Numbered from the stretch's first letter, positions 41,772 to 52,866 are shown. The stretch is 55,047 nt of DNA from Candidatus Moanibacter sp. (GCA_965215885.1 CBDCEW010000049.1:1-55047); one strand, 5' to 3'. The notes: generated from the sequence alone by a model not told the origin. Numbers and translations are program-made.

Positions 41772-43032
41772 CGCTGTATTCCCGAGTAAGATATTCCAGG
41801 TTTTCTTCGGCCACTTCTCTCAGTTCTGCGGCGGCTTCATCCATTCCCATCATATCGGCGGCGCGCTGGAGCATGCCGATTGTACGGGTGTGATAATAGA
41901 CGCTCAATCCCAGTGCAAGGTAGGTCTCAGAGTGCGTCGCTTTCCTCTCCTCCAAATCGTCCAGCGCTTTGCGATCTGATGGATACCCTTCAAGGGGCGT
42001 CCTGCGGAGACGTTCATCGACAGCCCGCAGTAGACGCTGCACGGATAGATTCGTCGCCGCATCAGGATGGTTGGCGATTGTCTCATAGTGTGGGAGCATG
42101 CATCTCGTGGCACGTTCATGAGTATCGAGACTTTTCAGCCGAACCTCCCTCAGCGCATAGTCAGATTCGGCCCCGCCCTCTTTCCTGATTCGATCAAATT
42201 TCCAGTAGGGCATCTCAAAGGAAAACCAGTCGGAACCAAGCCTCTTTCGATTGAGATACTCGTAGGTTCCCGCGCCACAGAACATTTCCGATTCAGGCCT
42301 CTCTTCGCCTTCAGCGACCATTCGGTCATACCGCATTTCAGAAGTGAAGATTTGATAAATGTCCCGAAAGCCGGTCCCTATAGACTCTGCCAGGTTCGAA
42401 AGATATTCCTTAAACCTTGGGTTAGAGCTTTCCAAAGAGGAGAAACCAAAACAATTCATCACCTCTCCGTTGTGAAATTCGTTCACGTATACCGGTAGAT
42501 AGCGTTCAATGACCTCCATCAAAGCCTGACATTCTGGACAGGGATTGTGGTAAGAGTAATCCTTGTACTTGACAGGAAAACTCCAGATGGGTTGTTCCGG
42601 AAAAGCCGGCCGATAATGGTAGAGCACATGATTCGTCGGTGTGTGTTCCATGTCCAACCAGGGTTCATTTAATCGGTACCCGTCCGGATCAGAGACTTGA
42701 AGGAAGAGAAAGGTGCAGTTATCGAACACTGACGCCAAATCGTCGTCTTCGAGCAGCTGCCGTGCGATTTGCTCGATGGTCAGGGTCCCGAGGACTTCGC
42801 CAGGATGCGGGGTTCCGATGAAAAGCACAGGAATGGGTCCGCAACCGACACGCATGAGTTCGATCGTTTCACCTTCAGTCGACTGCCCAACCGTTTCATG
42901 CGTATCCGCCAATCGAGCTCGCGAATTTGCTAGTTCGTCAGCCTTCAGATAGCGAATATCGTTGGGAACGGAACGGGAGACTCTATCTACCAGTTGCAGG
43001 AATTCATCGTCTGGAAACCGATTCTGATTCAT
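41674..43032 (-). CDS. M14 zinc carboxypeptidase family
   Basis: VGQSTEG, HPGE (HxxE), DPDG, EFH. Confidence 0.85.
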   Translation of the reverse strand: MNQNRFPDDEFLQLVDRVSRSVPNDIRYLKADELANSRARLADTHETVGQSTEGETIELMRVGCGPIPVLFIGTPHPGEVLGTLTIEQIARQLLEDDDLASVFDNCTFLFLQVSDPDGYRLNEPWLDMEHTPTNHVLYHYRPAFPEQPIWSFPVKYKDYSYHNPCPECQALMEVIERYLPVYVNEFHNGEVMNCFGFSSLESSNPRFKEYLSNLAESIGTGFRDIYQIFTSEMRYDRMVAEGEERPESEMFCGAGTYEYLNRKRLGSDWFSFEMPYWKFDRIRKEGGAESDYALREVRLKSLDTHERATRCMLPHYETIANHPDAATNLSVQRLLRAVDERLRRTPLEGYPSDRKALDDLEERKATHSETYLALGLSVYYHTRTIGMLQRAADMMGMDEAAAELREVAEENLEYLTREYSVIPIHDLVRIQTASALVSMKLSVEYLLNFVTD

Positions 43033-43156
43033 GGTATGCAGGACTCATCCAATTAATCTTGAGTGGGAGTCATTTCCCGCAGGTTCTATGCGATTTGTGT
43101 AGAATGGCTACCGAAATAAGCGGTGAACAATGGTAAAATCAAAGCAGAATCAGGGT

Positions 43157-45442
43157 CACAGAGCTGCACCGAGAACCACAGAGGCACACAGAGAATTGTA
43201 GTTGGAGAAGTAGAAAGTTGGTTGGAGTCGAATTCGCCCCACTCTGCCGTACGGCAGAGTGGAAAACGGCTAGATAGACCTTATCCGAAAAGCTACTGAT
43301 TGGCCGCAAAGAGGCGCAAAAGGCGCAAGAAAAACTTGAGAAAAATCATTTTTTGGCTTGATAAAAAGTGTCGCAACATGCTAGTGTTTAACAACCTAAG
43401 ATTAAGAAAGGAGTTAAACATGCCAACATGTGCGACAGAGGAGAACAAAAGCGACAAGACGCCCCTTAGCAACCTCATTCTGCCGGTTCCAGACACGGAT
43501 TTCCGTGATTTTCTGGATGAAGTTGAAGAATTGGCCGGGTTCGCGGCGCAAATCATCGAGGCGATCGAGAAGGATCTGGACGCCCATGCGCGTGAGAAGA
43601 AGAAACTTCGATTGGAAGATCGCAGGTTCTTTGAAGGGCGCACAGCGGAGCTGCCGGAGCTGGACATCGAGGAGGAGAATATTCTGGCTGCTGAATTGAA
43701 TCTTGGGGCAGGCCGGCCGCGGATGCCGGCTTATGCGGTATACGTGTTCGTGATGATTCGAGGGTTTCTGGGTTCGTTGACCACGAAACCGGCACGGCGG
43801 TTTGTGCGCGAGTCGATGAGCTTGTACGGATTTTTGCAGAGCGGGGGACTGAGAATGCCGGCGGTGACGACGATTCTGGAGAACGTGAACCTGGTCAGCC
43901 ATACGACCCGCGAGTTGATCTTTGATAAACAGATTGGGTTTATCCTCCAGGAGCAATGGGACGATTTCGGGAAGCTGACGATCGACAGCACCTCGGTGAA
44001 AGCAAACAGCTGCTGGCCCACCGATGGGAAGATTCTGAGCGGTCTTTTGATGCGGGCCAATCGTTTGGGTCAGAAGTTGCATGTCTTCGGGCTGGAGGAT
44101 TTTCGCAAGGGATGGGTTGGGCGTTGGCTGGAGGAAATGGACAAGCTGGAGTTTCAGATTTGTCTGGCCGCGGGCAAACCGAAGTCGAAGGGCAAGCTGA
44201 AGAAACACTACCGGCGGTTGCTCAAGCGGGGCCGCAAGGCGGCCGACTCACTAACGGGGGAACTGAGCCATCTTGAAGAGGGCCTGTCGATGGATTCACT
44301 GCCTCCCACTCGCCGGGAGCTTCTGGAGCGGGCATTGAGCCAGATCAGGGGCGATATTGCCGACGCCAAGCGGGTTGTTGAGTATGCTCATGATCGGGTG
44401 TTTCACGAAAAGAAGCTACCGTCCACACAGAAGGTCCTGAGCCTCTCGGACGGATCGGCGGCCTACATCAAGAAGGGCAGCCGCAATCCAGTGATCGGGT
44501 ACAAGCCACAACTGGTTCGCAGCGAAAACGGTTTTGTCACCAGCCTGATCGTACCGCAAGGCAACGCGGCAGACTCCATTGAGCTGGCGCCGGCCATCGG
44601 CGATTCGATCAAGCGCACCGGTGTCATTGCTGAACTGGTCAGCACCGATGACGGATATGCTTCGGCGAAGGGACGCAAGGAGGTGCTGAGCATGGGGGTA
44701 AAGCAGATCAGTATCAGTGGGGCGAAGGGCAAGAAGTTGACCACCCCCGAGGACTGGGAGAGCGAGGCGTATCGCGAGGCACGCCGCGATCGCTCCGCAG
44801 TGGAGTCGCTGATGTTCACGATTAAAGATGGATTTGCCTTTGGCGAACTCGGCCGCCGCGGCATCGATGCGGTAGGCGATGAACTGCTCGAGAAGGTTCT
44901 GGCCTACAACTTCTGCCGCATCATACTGATGAAGAAACGCCGAGGGGAGGAACTGGAACAGGCAGCCTGAATCTGACCGCTTTGAAGCTCAGAGAAAAAA
45001 GCACCACGGGATGAGTATGCCTCCAGACAGCGGCAAATATACGTATTGTGCAGCAAGCCACGCCGATGGCCGCTCAATACCTGCTCATCGGCAGCGCCGG
45101 CAGCCTAAAACCCGAAACCTGCCAGCCATAGGCTGGTCCGCCCGTGGCGGAGAACCTTAAACCGCCCGCTCGAAAGGCTTTTCGAATGGGGTCTAGATAA
45201 GCATTTACGAAAGCGACTTGACTCTTCGGCCCAATGAAACCGCTCTCGTAAATGCTTCTCTAACCGTTTGAATCGCGCTGCGCTCGAGGCGAAGTCGACT
45301 CCTCTTTAATTCGATCTTATGCTCAATTCCCCGAATGTCCCGATCCCTCTCATCTGGACTAAGGGCCTGCCCTGAAAGCGGAGTCGAAAGGCTCCTTTTT
45401 TTCGTCTCTGTGTTCCTCTGTGGTTCTCGGTGGTGCTCTGTG
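43157..45442. repeat. Inverted arms of a palindromic repeat element split by IS copy 2
   Basis: cacagagctgcaccgagaaccacagaggcacacagaga..ggagtcgaattcgcc (43157-43238) versus ggcgaagtcgactcc..tctctgtgttcctctgtggttctcggtggtgctctgtg (45288-45442). Confidence 0.7.
43276..45194 (+). mobile_element. IS5/ISNCY-like IS, copy 2 (1919 bp; transposase 43420-44970)
   Basis: Protein identical to copy 1; 4-bp DR AGAT; RBS aaggag before MPTCATEE. Confidence 0.9.
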
Positions 45443-45475
45443 TCCCCTCTTCTCTGTTATTGGCCTCCGGCTGCT

Positions 45476-46327
45476 TTATTCCGCGCAGGGATTGGTCGAA
45501 TGGTTGCGTAGAAACCTCACCACGCTGTCCTCCTGATTAGAGCCGATGACCTGTGTGGCGTGGCGTTTCAATTCCGGAGACGCGTTGGCGACCGCAACGG
45601 CGTGGTCGGCTATTCGGAACATGCTGATGTCGTTAATGTTGTCGCCAAAGACAACCAGTTCGCTTTCGCTCAACCCGTGCATTTCCATCAGCAGCCGGAT
45701 GGCCTGGTCCTTGGTGGCCCGTCGGTCGTGAATGGAGAGCCAGAACCATCCCCGCGAATACCGGTTTTCGGTGAGGTGCGTCTCTACGAGACCGCCATGC
45801 CGCTCTACAATGGCGGCCTCGAGTTCTGAAAGTGCCTCGACTCCACCAATGATCGTGAGACAGACGACCTGATCGCGAAACGATTGAGTCAGGTCATCCG
45901 TCTTGCGCCAACGGCTGTCTTTATTCGCGAGACGGTCATTCAGATACCAGCGCATTCCATCGTTGATAATGTCGCGGTAGTAAACGCAGTCTTCTGTGCC
46001 ATTGAAGGAGGAGATGAACGGAACGAGCCCGAATTGGGGAAGGAGGTGGTAGGTATCCTCGACGACGACCGATTCGATTTCATTGATGACGAAATGTTGT
46101 CCTGTTCCCAATTCGGAAAGAAAAGCGCCGTTAAACTCCACTACAGGCAGCTCGAGTTTCAACCCATCCAACATCATGCCCATGGAGACGACGCTGCGGG
46201 CACTCGCGACCGTAAAAGTGAGGCCATCGCGCAGCAACTTCTGCAGAGTACTCTTGCTGTAATCGGAGAGTGTCGCGTTGTCGTTTAGCAACGTGCCGTC
46301 CAGGTCGGAGATGTAGAGTGTATTCAT
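45476..46327 (-). CDS. Cof-type HAD-IIB hydrolase
   Basis: SDLDGTLL, VASAR, K..FGDNINDISMF. Confidence 0.93.
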   Translation of the reverse strand: MNTLYISDLDGTLLNDNATLSDYSKSTLQKLLRDGLTFTVASARSVVSMGMMLDGLKLELPVVEFNGAFLSELGTGQHFVINEIESVVVEDTYHLLPQFGLVPFISSFNGTEDCVYYRDIINDGMRWYLNDRLANKDSRWRKTDDLTQSFRDQVVCLTIIGGVEALSELEAAIVERHGGLVETHLTENRYSRGWFWLSIHDRRATKDQAIRLLMEMHGLSESELVVFGDNINDISMFRIADHAVAVANASPELKRHATQVIGSNQEDSVVRFLRNHSTNPCAE

Positions 46328-46526
46328 ATCCTAAGGCAGCCTTCGGCCGCAACAAAACAGGAAAGTTGAATAGACAGAGCAGGCGAAGTCGACTCCTCCC
46401 AATTTTCTACTCCGTCCACGTACCATTCTTCTTGGTCCTCCGTGGAGTTGCATTTCCTCTCTTATTCCTCTTCGTTTCCTCTGTTTCCCTCTGTTCAATT
46501 CTCCTCTCATCGGATGTGGCAATCAA

Positions 46527-47393
46527 TTAGCTCTTTATCAGTTCCCCGATCGCGATGCCCTGTTCACCCGCTACGGAATACAACAGATACGTCTTCCCAT
46601 CCTCTTCGTATACGCAGGGATCACGAAGTTGATGAACACGATGATGAACCGAACCGCGTTGTGACTCTTCGACCGGGCGATCGGCCCCTTCGTATTCGGT
46701 TTCCGGCTTCAAGAGCGTTTCGGAGGGACCGGTTCGCCAATGGTGCCAGTCCAAATCCAGGTGTATCGATGTCCGAAGAATCCGTTCAGGAGAGTCGTGT
46801 ACGTTAGAATAGAAGACGCTAAGCGTATCTCCGTTGAGCTGCACAGCCGAATGCCGCATATCCGGCGTAAAGAGCGTCGGCCCTTCCTCGAAGTCGGAAG
46901 TGCCGGTGAGGGATCTCCTGAAAATCCCCGGCATTTCGAGCGTATACCAGTACCCCTGCCAATGGAATGCTCTCCAGTAGGATGAACCCAGTATGGCCGG
47001 GTGAGCGGTGAAATTCAGGCCATCCCTTGAGGTTGCCAGTCGAGTTACCTGGTGAGGCGGAGTTGGCCGGCAGCAACCGTGATAGTACATCCGAATCTCC
47101 CGGCGATCCTCGAGAACATGAACGTCTGGCGAGGCAATGTGGGAATCGCTGAAGGAATCAGCAAGATCCAGCACACCGGGATGATGCAGACGCCAGGGAC
47201 CCTCCAGACGGTCGGCAAAGGCGAGGCGAATATACGTTCCCTGATGGTGAGCGAAATAGAGATAGTACCGCCCAAGGGGGCGCGGAACCCATTCCGGCAC
47301 TCGAATGAGGGAAGGGCCGTTGATATTGTCCCCCATCCGGTCATCCATATTCGGGGTTATGATCGGATTATTGCTGAATCGACGGACTTTCAT
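46527..47393 (-). CDS. Five-bladed beta-propeller glycoside-hydrolase-like protein
   Basis: NPII, NINGPSLI, YYLYFAHH, HIASPDV, LRDPCVYEE. Confidence 0.7.
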   Translation of the reverse strand: MKVRRFSNNPIITPNMDDRMGDNINGPSLIRVPEWVPRPLGRYYLYFAHHQGTYIRLAFADRLEGPWRLHHPGVLDLADSFSDSHIASPDVHVLEDRREIRMYYHGCCRPTPPHQVTRLATSRDGLNFTAHPAILGSSYWRAFHWQGYWYTLEMPGIFRRSLTGTSDFEEGPTLFTPDMRHSAVQLNGDTLSVFYSNVHDSPERILRTSIHLDLDWHHWRTGPSETLLKPETEYEGADRPVEESQRGSVHHRVHQLRDPCVYEEDGKTYLLYSVAGEQGIAIGELIKS

Positions 47394-47791
47394 GCCTTGG
47401 TTTGAATCCTGGATTATAATTGGCCCCGAAAGAACCTGGAGCAGTGAAGCCGCAGCCAGATTGAAGGAAAAAGAGGAACCGCGAATGAACGCAAATGGAC
47501 GCGAATTTTGGAGAAAGAGCCCACGCATTCGAGGACACCGCGGATTAACGCAAGCGAGTTGGTCCCGCTCATCGAGATCGACTCCCTATTCACTATTCTG
47601 CGGCTGCGATATCCAAGGCTACTCTCTATCCGTGCTACAATCAGTCATTCCTTTGGATTCTCTTCATTTGTCCCGATCCCCTTTCTTTCCCCAATCCTCG
47701 GCGTTCTCTAATCCGTGAGGCTTTGTCCGTCAGTTGTGTCTATTTGCGTTCATCTGCGGTTTTCTCTGATCTGCCTGCCTGACGCCTTCAA

Positions 47792-48838
47792 TCATCTCAT
47801 TCTTTCGATTTCCTTCATCATGATGGGCCAGGCATCGTCGGCGTAGAAGCGATGGCCTCCGTCGCCGACGACAAGATGGCAGCGGCTTCCCGCGCCGCAT
47901 GCTGTGTAGATCTTCCTGAGTTTCTTGAAAGCGCGACGGGTAGCGCGAATTGGAAAGATGCTGTCCTCTTTTCCCGCTACGATCACAACGGGTTTGGGAG
48001 CGAAGAGCCCCATGACGTCGGCCATCTCCGCGTACTTGAGCAGTCCAGGGATGTAGTTGTCCGCGCAGTGGTAGATTGACATTATCGAATCCCGGAAAGT
48101 GCAGAAGTAGCAGGAGGGCATGGCGAACGCGATGCGCGGGAGGAGTGCGGCTGAGAAGAGGCTGATCGTGCCACCGCCCGAATTGCCCATCACACCGATG
48201 CGTTTCATGTCGGCATCGCCCCGCGTTGCGAGGTAGTCGATCCCCCGGTCGACGTCGAAGACCCGCTCTCCTATAAGGGTTTTACCGAGCATGAGCGCGT
48301 GCATGGTGGCGTCATGACACCCCTGGGTGGAAACCCGCTCCTGTTTCTGTTCGCGCCTCTCGCCGAATGAGCGCTGCTCAATGCAGAGCGCCGCGATTCC
48401 GCGTCGCATGCATTCCAGCCCGAAGTCGCGATCGCCTTCCTCTACGGGCGGCGTGCCGTCGTCCTCCCGCTCCACCGCGATGGAGTTGTGCATTCCCGTA
48501 GTGTGTCCCTGCAGGCAGATCATGTAAGTGTAAGGCGGCTCGGCGGATTTCGGCAGGCAGACGTAGGCCAGCACATCCGAATAGGGCTCTGACGCGAAAG
48601 CGATCTTCTCAATAGTTCCGAGCAAGTGGCTGCGCTTCCAGAGTTGCTTCGGCCGGAGCGGGCAGCGCTCTTTCGGTATTTCACCGACCAGTTGGCGAAG
48701 TTTCCGGCGAAACTTGATCTGCCAATTTCGCACCTCTCCTCCGTCAAAGGTTAGGGAGGGCACGGTCTTAGATGTTAGCCGATGATGGTACTCGGATGGC
48801 GAGAGGTTTAAGGATCTGTGTTTCGATTTTGAGGTCAT
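47792..48838 (-). CDS. Alpha/beta hydrolase (dienelactone hydrolase / acetylesterase-like)
   Basis: GNSGGG nucleophile elbow, GKED, GGHRFY. Confidence 0.88.
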   Translation of the reverse strand: MTSKSKHRSLNLSPSEYHHRLTSKTVPSLTFDGGEVRNWQIKFRRKLRQLVGEIPKERCPLRPKQLWKRSHLLGTIEKIAFASEPYSDVLAYVCLPKSAEPPYTYMICLQGHTTGMHNSIAVEREDDGTPPVEEGDRDFGLECMRRGIAALCIEQRSFGERREQKQERVSTQGCHDATMHALMLGKTLIGERVFDVDRGIDYLATRGDADMKRIGVMGNSGGGTISLFSAALLPRIAFAMPSCYFCTFRDSIMSIYHCADNYIPGLLKYAEMADVMGLFAPKPVVIVAGKEDSIFPIRATRRAFKKLRKIYTACGAGSRCHLVVGDGGHRFYADDAWPIMMKEIERMR

Positions 48839-48842
48839 TTTG

Positions 48843-49190
48843 CTAATCGCTTCTGCGAACAAGCCTGTGAATGATTTCGAACATAAGAGTTGTACAGAAG
48901 GAAACAAAGAGAAACGAAGAGGAATAGGAGAGATTGCTGTTCGCTATTGATCCAAGGGCTCCTTCGGGTGTTTTGCGCCCCGCCAAACCCGTATAGAAGA
49001 TCATGAAAAGCAGTGCGGTAAAGACAGGCCAAATAGGTGCTATTAGTAGAGTAAGCCATGGCGGTATTTCTGAAGAGAAAGGTAGATCAAAAGCGGCAGT
49101 AATCAGTGCCGCTAGAAACAGACCTGTAAGGCCGCCAAAAAATCCGATGAAGATACGTAGAATTCGATTGGAGATGGTCAGCTTCATCAT
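48843..49190 (-). CDS. Small membrane protein, possibly truncated
   Basis: Two hydrophobic helices; the C-terminus runs into a repeat. Confidence 0.45.
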   Translation of the reverse strand: MMKLTISNRILRIFIGFFGGLTGLFLAALITAAFDLPFSSEIPPWLTLLIAPIWPVFTALLFMIFYTGLAGRKTPEGALGSIANSNLSYSSSFLFVSFCTTLMFEIIHRLVRRSD

Positions 49191-49436
49191 AACCGTTCCT
49201 CAGTCATTCAGATCGAACGATCCTCGAACTGCAACCCGAACTTGATCATTCCTCTGTCCTGCCGGAAAGCGGGGTCTTTGAGGTCGGACTACGATTGAAT
49301 CCGCTGTCTTCTCGAATTCCCGGCTTGCCGAGATGAGCCTGCCGAATCCGTTGGATTTTCCTCTTGAGCAAATCCGCGGGAAATGCAAGACTCTCGAAGC
49401 CTGGCAGCGGCGCGGACCGTCGGATTACCCATTTGC

Positions 49437-49931
49437 CTACGAAATATCCCGCTTATCGGAGAGATTCTCTTGAATAGCCCGAAGTTGGGCAATGGTTAGC
49501 GCATCTTTCGGTCTCTTGAGAGCGTTCTTTGACTGGATGAGTCCCTCCAGTGAAAGGACCCGGCATTTGCCGGCTGGAATCGATATCGAAATACTCAAAC
49601 GCTCAACCTCGTCGTAGGTCCCAATACCGGTGACTTCGCTCAAACAGTCGAGTTGGCCTGCGTCAGTGTCGAGATTGAGATTCCTGAAGGTTTCCCAATC
49701 GTCGTCCTCCGAGAATGGTCGGCGATCGGGTGACATCCGGTGCACCGGATGAAAATCAGATAGAGCCTGATGAAGTTTTCGTAGATTACGCACAGAAAAC
49801 CGACAGCATACATCGATGTCTTGAGTGAGCATTGAAGATCCGTGTGCGACCGCGGCGAATCCGCCGATGAGAACAAATTCAACCTTTCCCTCAATCAAAC
49901 GATTAAGGAGAATTTCAAGGTCCGGCGCCAC
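49437..49931 (-). CDS. Nucleotidyltransferase-fold protein
   Basis: FVLIGGFAAVAHG..TQDIDV..RPKD. Confidence 0.85.
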   Translation of the reverse strand: MAPDLEILLNRLIEGKVEFVLIGGFAAVAHGSSMLTQDIDVCCRFSVRNLRKLHQALSDFHPVHRMSPDRRPFSEDDDWETFRNLNLDTDAGQLDCLSEVTGIGTYDEVERLSISISIPAGKCRVLSLEGLIQSKNALKRPKDALTIAQLRAIQENLSDKRDIS

Positions 49932-50124
49932 GCTGTTTCGTCGCGTTTGACAATGTCAATGCGAGTCGAATGGCTCTGTTGTGGCGTTGCATCCGCTCCG
50001 CTGGCGACAGCTGTAGATTACTCTCCAGTAGAGACAGGTCGATCCCAAATTCACGGGCCTTCGCCGCCGCCGGGCCGCTCCACTTATCCTTTCTTAACCT
50101 CGCTGTTTTTGGCACGGTGAGCAA
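49915..50124 (-). CDS. Small partner protein of the nucleotidyltransferase
   Basis: GIDLSLLESNLQLSPAERM; overlaps the NTase start. Confidence 0.6.
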   Translation of the reverse strand: MLTVPKTARLRKDKWSGPAAAKAREFGIDLSLLESNLQLSPAERMQRHNRAIRLALTLSNATKQRGAGP

Positions 50125-51271
50125 GCCCCATCATTTCAAACGGCTTCCTAAGGGCTGGTGATAAATGGTTTGAAATAGGAGAGTTATGTTGCAGATCTAG
50201 GGAATCTCAATGGCCACTAGATGCGAATATAAGAAAATGCCCTTAAGAAGCCTAAATCCGACAAGCACGAATAGCTGCGTTCCAGACCGGAGAGCGCTTA
50301 GTTACGTATAAGAATACGCGCCCAAGGCGTTCTCCGGTCTGCGCCTTACTCTTCATCACTTCTCGAAGTTTTGAAACATTGGGGTAGACAATATCGTGCA
50401 GGGGACGGTGTCAATAAGAAGGGGAAATGGAAAGTCTCCAGTTGCATCACCAGTAACGCAACAGAGTATAACTGAATAGATTACCACTCGAGTCCGACAG
50501 TTGCCAGGACGATGGCCTTGACTCTTCTTAGTCTCTGATCTTCCCGGTCTCCCTGTAGCCAGAACCGTGGGCAAGAAAACCTAGAATTCCGCTTTTTCAC
50601 AGGAAGAGCGGGGAGATCGGAAAGAGGAGCGCCCTGAGCTGCATTTAGAAATCTGCGCCTCGTCCGGGACTTGCCCTGTTACAGGCTTTTTGCTCCAAGC
50701 ATAAACAGTCCTGCAAATAGTTGAAGAAATGAAACTCCGACCTGCTTCAGGTAAATCCCAAGGGCAGATTTTTCGGTTAAACTACAGGCATAGCGATTAT
50801 GCTTATTTCATTTGGCCCCAGCGTATTATTTCTCTATAAGAAGCGACTGGAGCAGTATAATACCTTGAAACCAGCCAACAAGACGCTCAAGGACAACGCC
50901 AGCTCGCGCTGACTTGCCTTCGATAAGACGGCCTTTGACCACCGAAATTTGGTTAATCCTGTTTTCCTGGTTTCGAGCACCTGTTCCAGCAAGCGCTCCA
51001 TCAGATTTCGGGTTCTGTGGTTCGGGGCACGGAGCACCGCCTGCTTGCCTAGATTTTTTTGAGAATTGCAATCAGGTTTGAAACACCACGAATTAGGCCG
51101 AAATATCCCGAAATAGCACGAAGATCAATGAGTTACGCGTTTTTAAACGGTGTTTGGCAAGTTTGCAACGATTTGCCCGTTTTTTGGCCGATTGCAAAAG
51201 GTTTGGGTACGTTAATGGGGCGATTGAAAGAGGTTTGAGTACCTTAAAGTGCGACTGCAACGGGATTTGAT

Positions 51272-51328
51272 GCAGAACGATTAAGGCCAGGTGCGCCTTC
51301 AGGCGTTACCTGCGCTGTCTTGTTGGGC
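51272..51328 (-). other. attC site
   Basis: Minus strand GCCCAAC...GTTCTGC, 57-bp imperfect palindrome. Confidence 0.85.
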
Positions 51329-51739
51329 TCGATCTGGCATTATCTGCTGGCTGGAATCCTCGTTATTCGCTTTTGACGGTTTACTAAGAATGAACCATAA
51401 ACCATATCCCATTACAGCACCAGTCACGATCAATAGCAATGGAGTAGCTTCTTTGAAGAAAAGCAGGTAACCATAACTTAATGTCATTGTGCTTCCAGCT
51501 ATAATCTTGGCTTTTATCGAAATTATATGATGTTGATCCCATTGTTTCAATGGTGGCCCGAACACTTTGTGGTGATACAGCCAGTCGTGAAAACGTCGCG
51601 AGCTTCGTGCAAACGCCCACAACGCAAGAAGCATAAACGGTGTCGTGGGCAAACCTGGTAAGAATACACCCACGAAGCCCAGGCCGAAGAATGCAAATCC
51701 TAATGGTAGTAGGAACGACTTTAACACAACAACTGACAT
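51299..51739 (-). CDS. ybaN: YbaN/DUF454 inner-membrane protein (gene cassette)
   Basis: GVFLPGLPTTPFMLLA..FARSS..WL..FGP. Confidence 0.88.
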   Translation of the reverse strand: MSVVVLKSFLLPLGFAFFGLGFVGVFLPGLPTTPFMLLALWAFARSSRRFHDWLYHHKVFGPPLKQWDQHHIISIKAKIIAGSTMTLSYGYLLFFKEATPLLLIVTGAVMGYGLWFILSKPSKANNEDSSQQIMPDRAQQDSAGNA

Positions 51740-51780
51740 ATTGATATTATTTTCAGATGGAAAGTTGAATTGTGATCCGT

Positions 51781-51843
51781 GCCCAACGTTGAAGCGCTGG
51801 GACGGCGGCGCAAGCCGACGTTTCTAGGCGCGTCTGGTTAGCG
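51781..51843 (-). other. attC site
   Basis: Minus strand CGCTAAC...GTTGGGC, 63 bp, immediately after the ankyrin gene stop. Confidence 0.88.
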
Positions 51844-51845
51844 GT

Positions 51846-52472
51846 TCACTCGTTGCATTGCAATAGTGCTCTGATGGTCCGGGACCGCCAGTGCCTCCCG
51901 GCCCATGCCGATGGAAGTTCGCCGCGACCATCTTCTTGATTGGTATCCGCACCGTGTCGAATTAGCGCCTCAACCATCTCTTCATCGCCATATGCAGCGG
52001 CCCAGTGCAACGGCCCTTCCGAGAAAACGGTGACGTCATAGAAGCAATCAGAAACGACACCGTCTTTGGTCAATATGTTAGGATCGGCTCCGGCTTCGAG
52101 TAATGCTTTCACACATTCCGTCCGGCCAGAAAGGTTACCCTTAGCCGTAGCAAGGTGCAGCGGGGTCTCCCCGGTTTCCTCCCTGACTTGGTTTGGATCA
52201 GCTCCATTGGATAGCAGCAATTTTACCGATTCCGCGTGACCATCGAAAGCTCGCAGACCAACCGCGCTGTGGCCGAAGTATCCCGGAAGGAGCGAATCCG
52301 CGCCATTTGCCAGCAGGAACTCTTGGATCTCGAGTTGCCGTTCACCCAGGCAATAGGCGAGAGCGGTGTTACCGTGCGAGCCTCGGAAATTCAGGTTCGC
52401 ACCTCCAGCTACAAGTGTCCGCACCGTGTCGAAATCCCCCGCGGCTGATGCGTCAATTAGTTGTTCGGACAT
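51846..52472 (-). CDS. Ankyrin repeat protein (gene cassette)
   Basis: GNTAL, GETPLHLA, PLHWAA, LL.xGAD.N repeats. Confidence 0.92.
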   Translation of the reverse strand: MSEQLIDASAAGDFDTVRTLVAGGANLNFRGSHGNTALAYCLGERQLEIQEFLLANGADSLLPGYFGHSAVGLRAFDGHAESVKLLLSNGADPNQVREETGETPLHLATAKGNLSGRTECVKALLEAGADPNILTKDGVVSDCFYDVTVFSEGPLHWAAAYGDEEMVEALIRHGADTNQEDGRGELPSAWAGRHWRSRTIRALLQCNE

Positions 52473-52488
52473 CTGATCTACTCCTTTG

Positions 52489-52578
52489 CGCTAACGATTA
52501 AGTGCAGAGATGCCGGGGCAAGACAGAGCGATTGCACGAGCGGGACATTCCGGCATTATCTGACACGCCTTGTTCGCC
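52489..52578 (-). other. attC site
   Basis: Minus strand GGCGAAC...GTTAGCG, 90-bp palindrome. Confidence 0.85.
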
Positions 52579-52587
52579 GCTCCTGTT

Positions 52588-52866
52588 TTAACTGACTCGA
52601 ATTTGCAGCCGTTTGCCGAGCGCCGATACGATTTTCTCAACGGTCGACAGTTTGATATCTTCAGCGTGATTCTCGATCCGTGATATGGCCGATTTTTTCG
52701 TCTTCAGCTTCCTTGCCAACTGTTCCTGAGTGAGCCCGGCTTCCTGTCTCGCCTGCTTGAGGATCACACCAATCTTGAAATCGGCATATCCATTCTCAAA
52801 GTCTTTCGCGAATTCTTCGCTCCTCGCTTTTCTCTTCTCAATGTATCTGTCTAAATCATCCTTCAT
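52588..52866 (-). CDS. HigA-like XRE antitoxin
   Basis: [25 protein letters not shown]. Confidence 0.9.
   Translation of the reverse strand: MKDDLDRYIEKRKARSEEFAKDFENGYADFKIGVILKQARQEAGLTQEQLARKLKTKKSAISRIENHAEDIKLSTVEKIVSALGKRLQIRVS

Noticed and set aside
30673..45194. Composite transposon
   Set aside because: Each IS copy has its own flanking duplication and the outer flanks do not match.
50873..50925. Plus-strand attC (AGCCAACaagacgctcaag..)
   Set aside because: It has an R''/L''-like start but no matching L'/R' half; at most a remnant.
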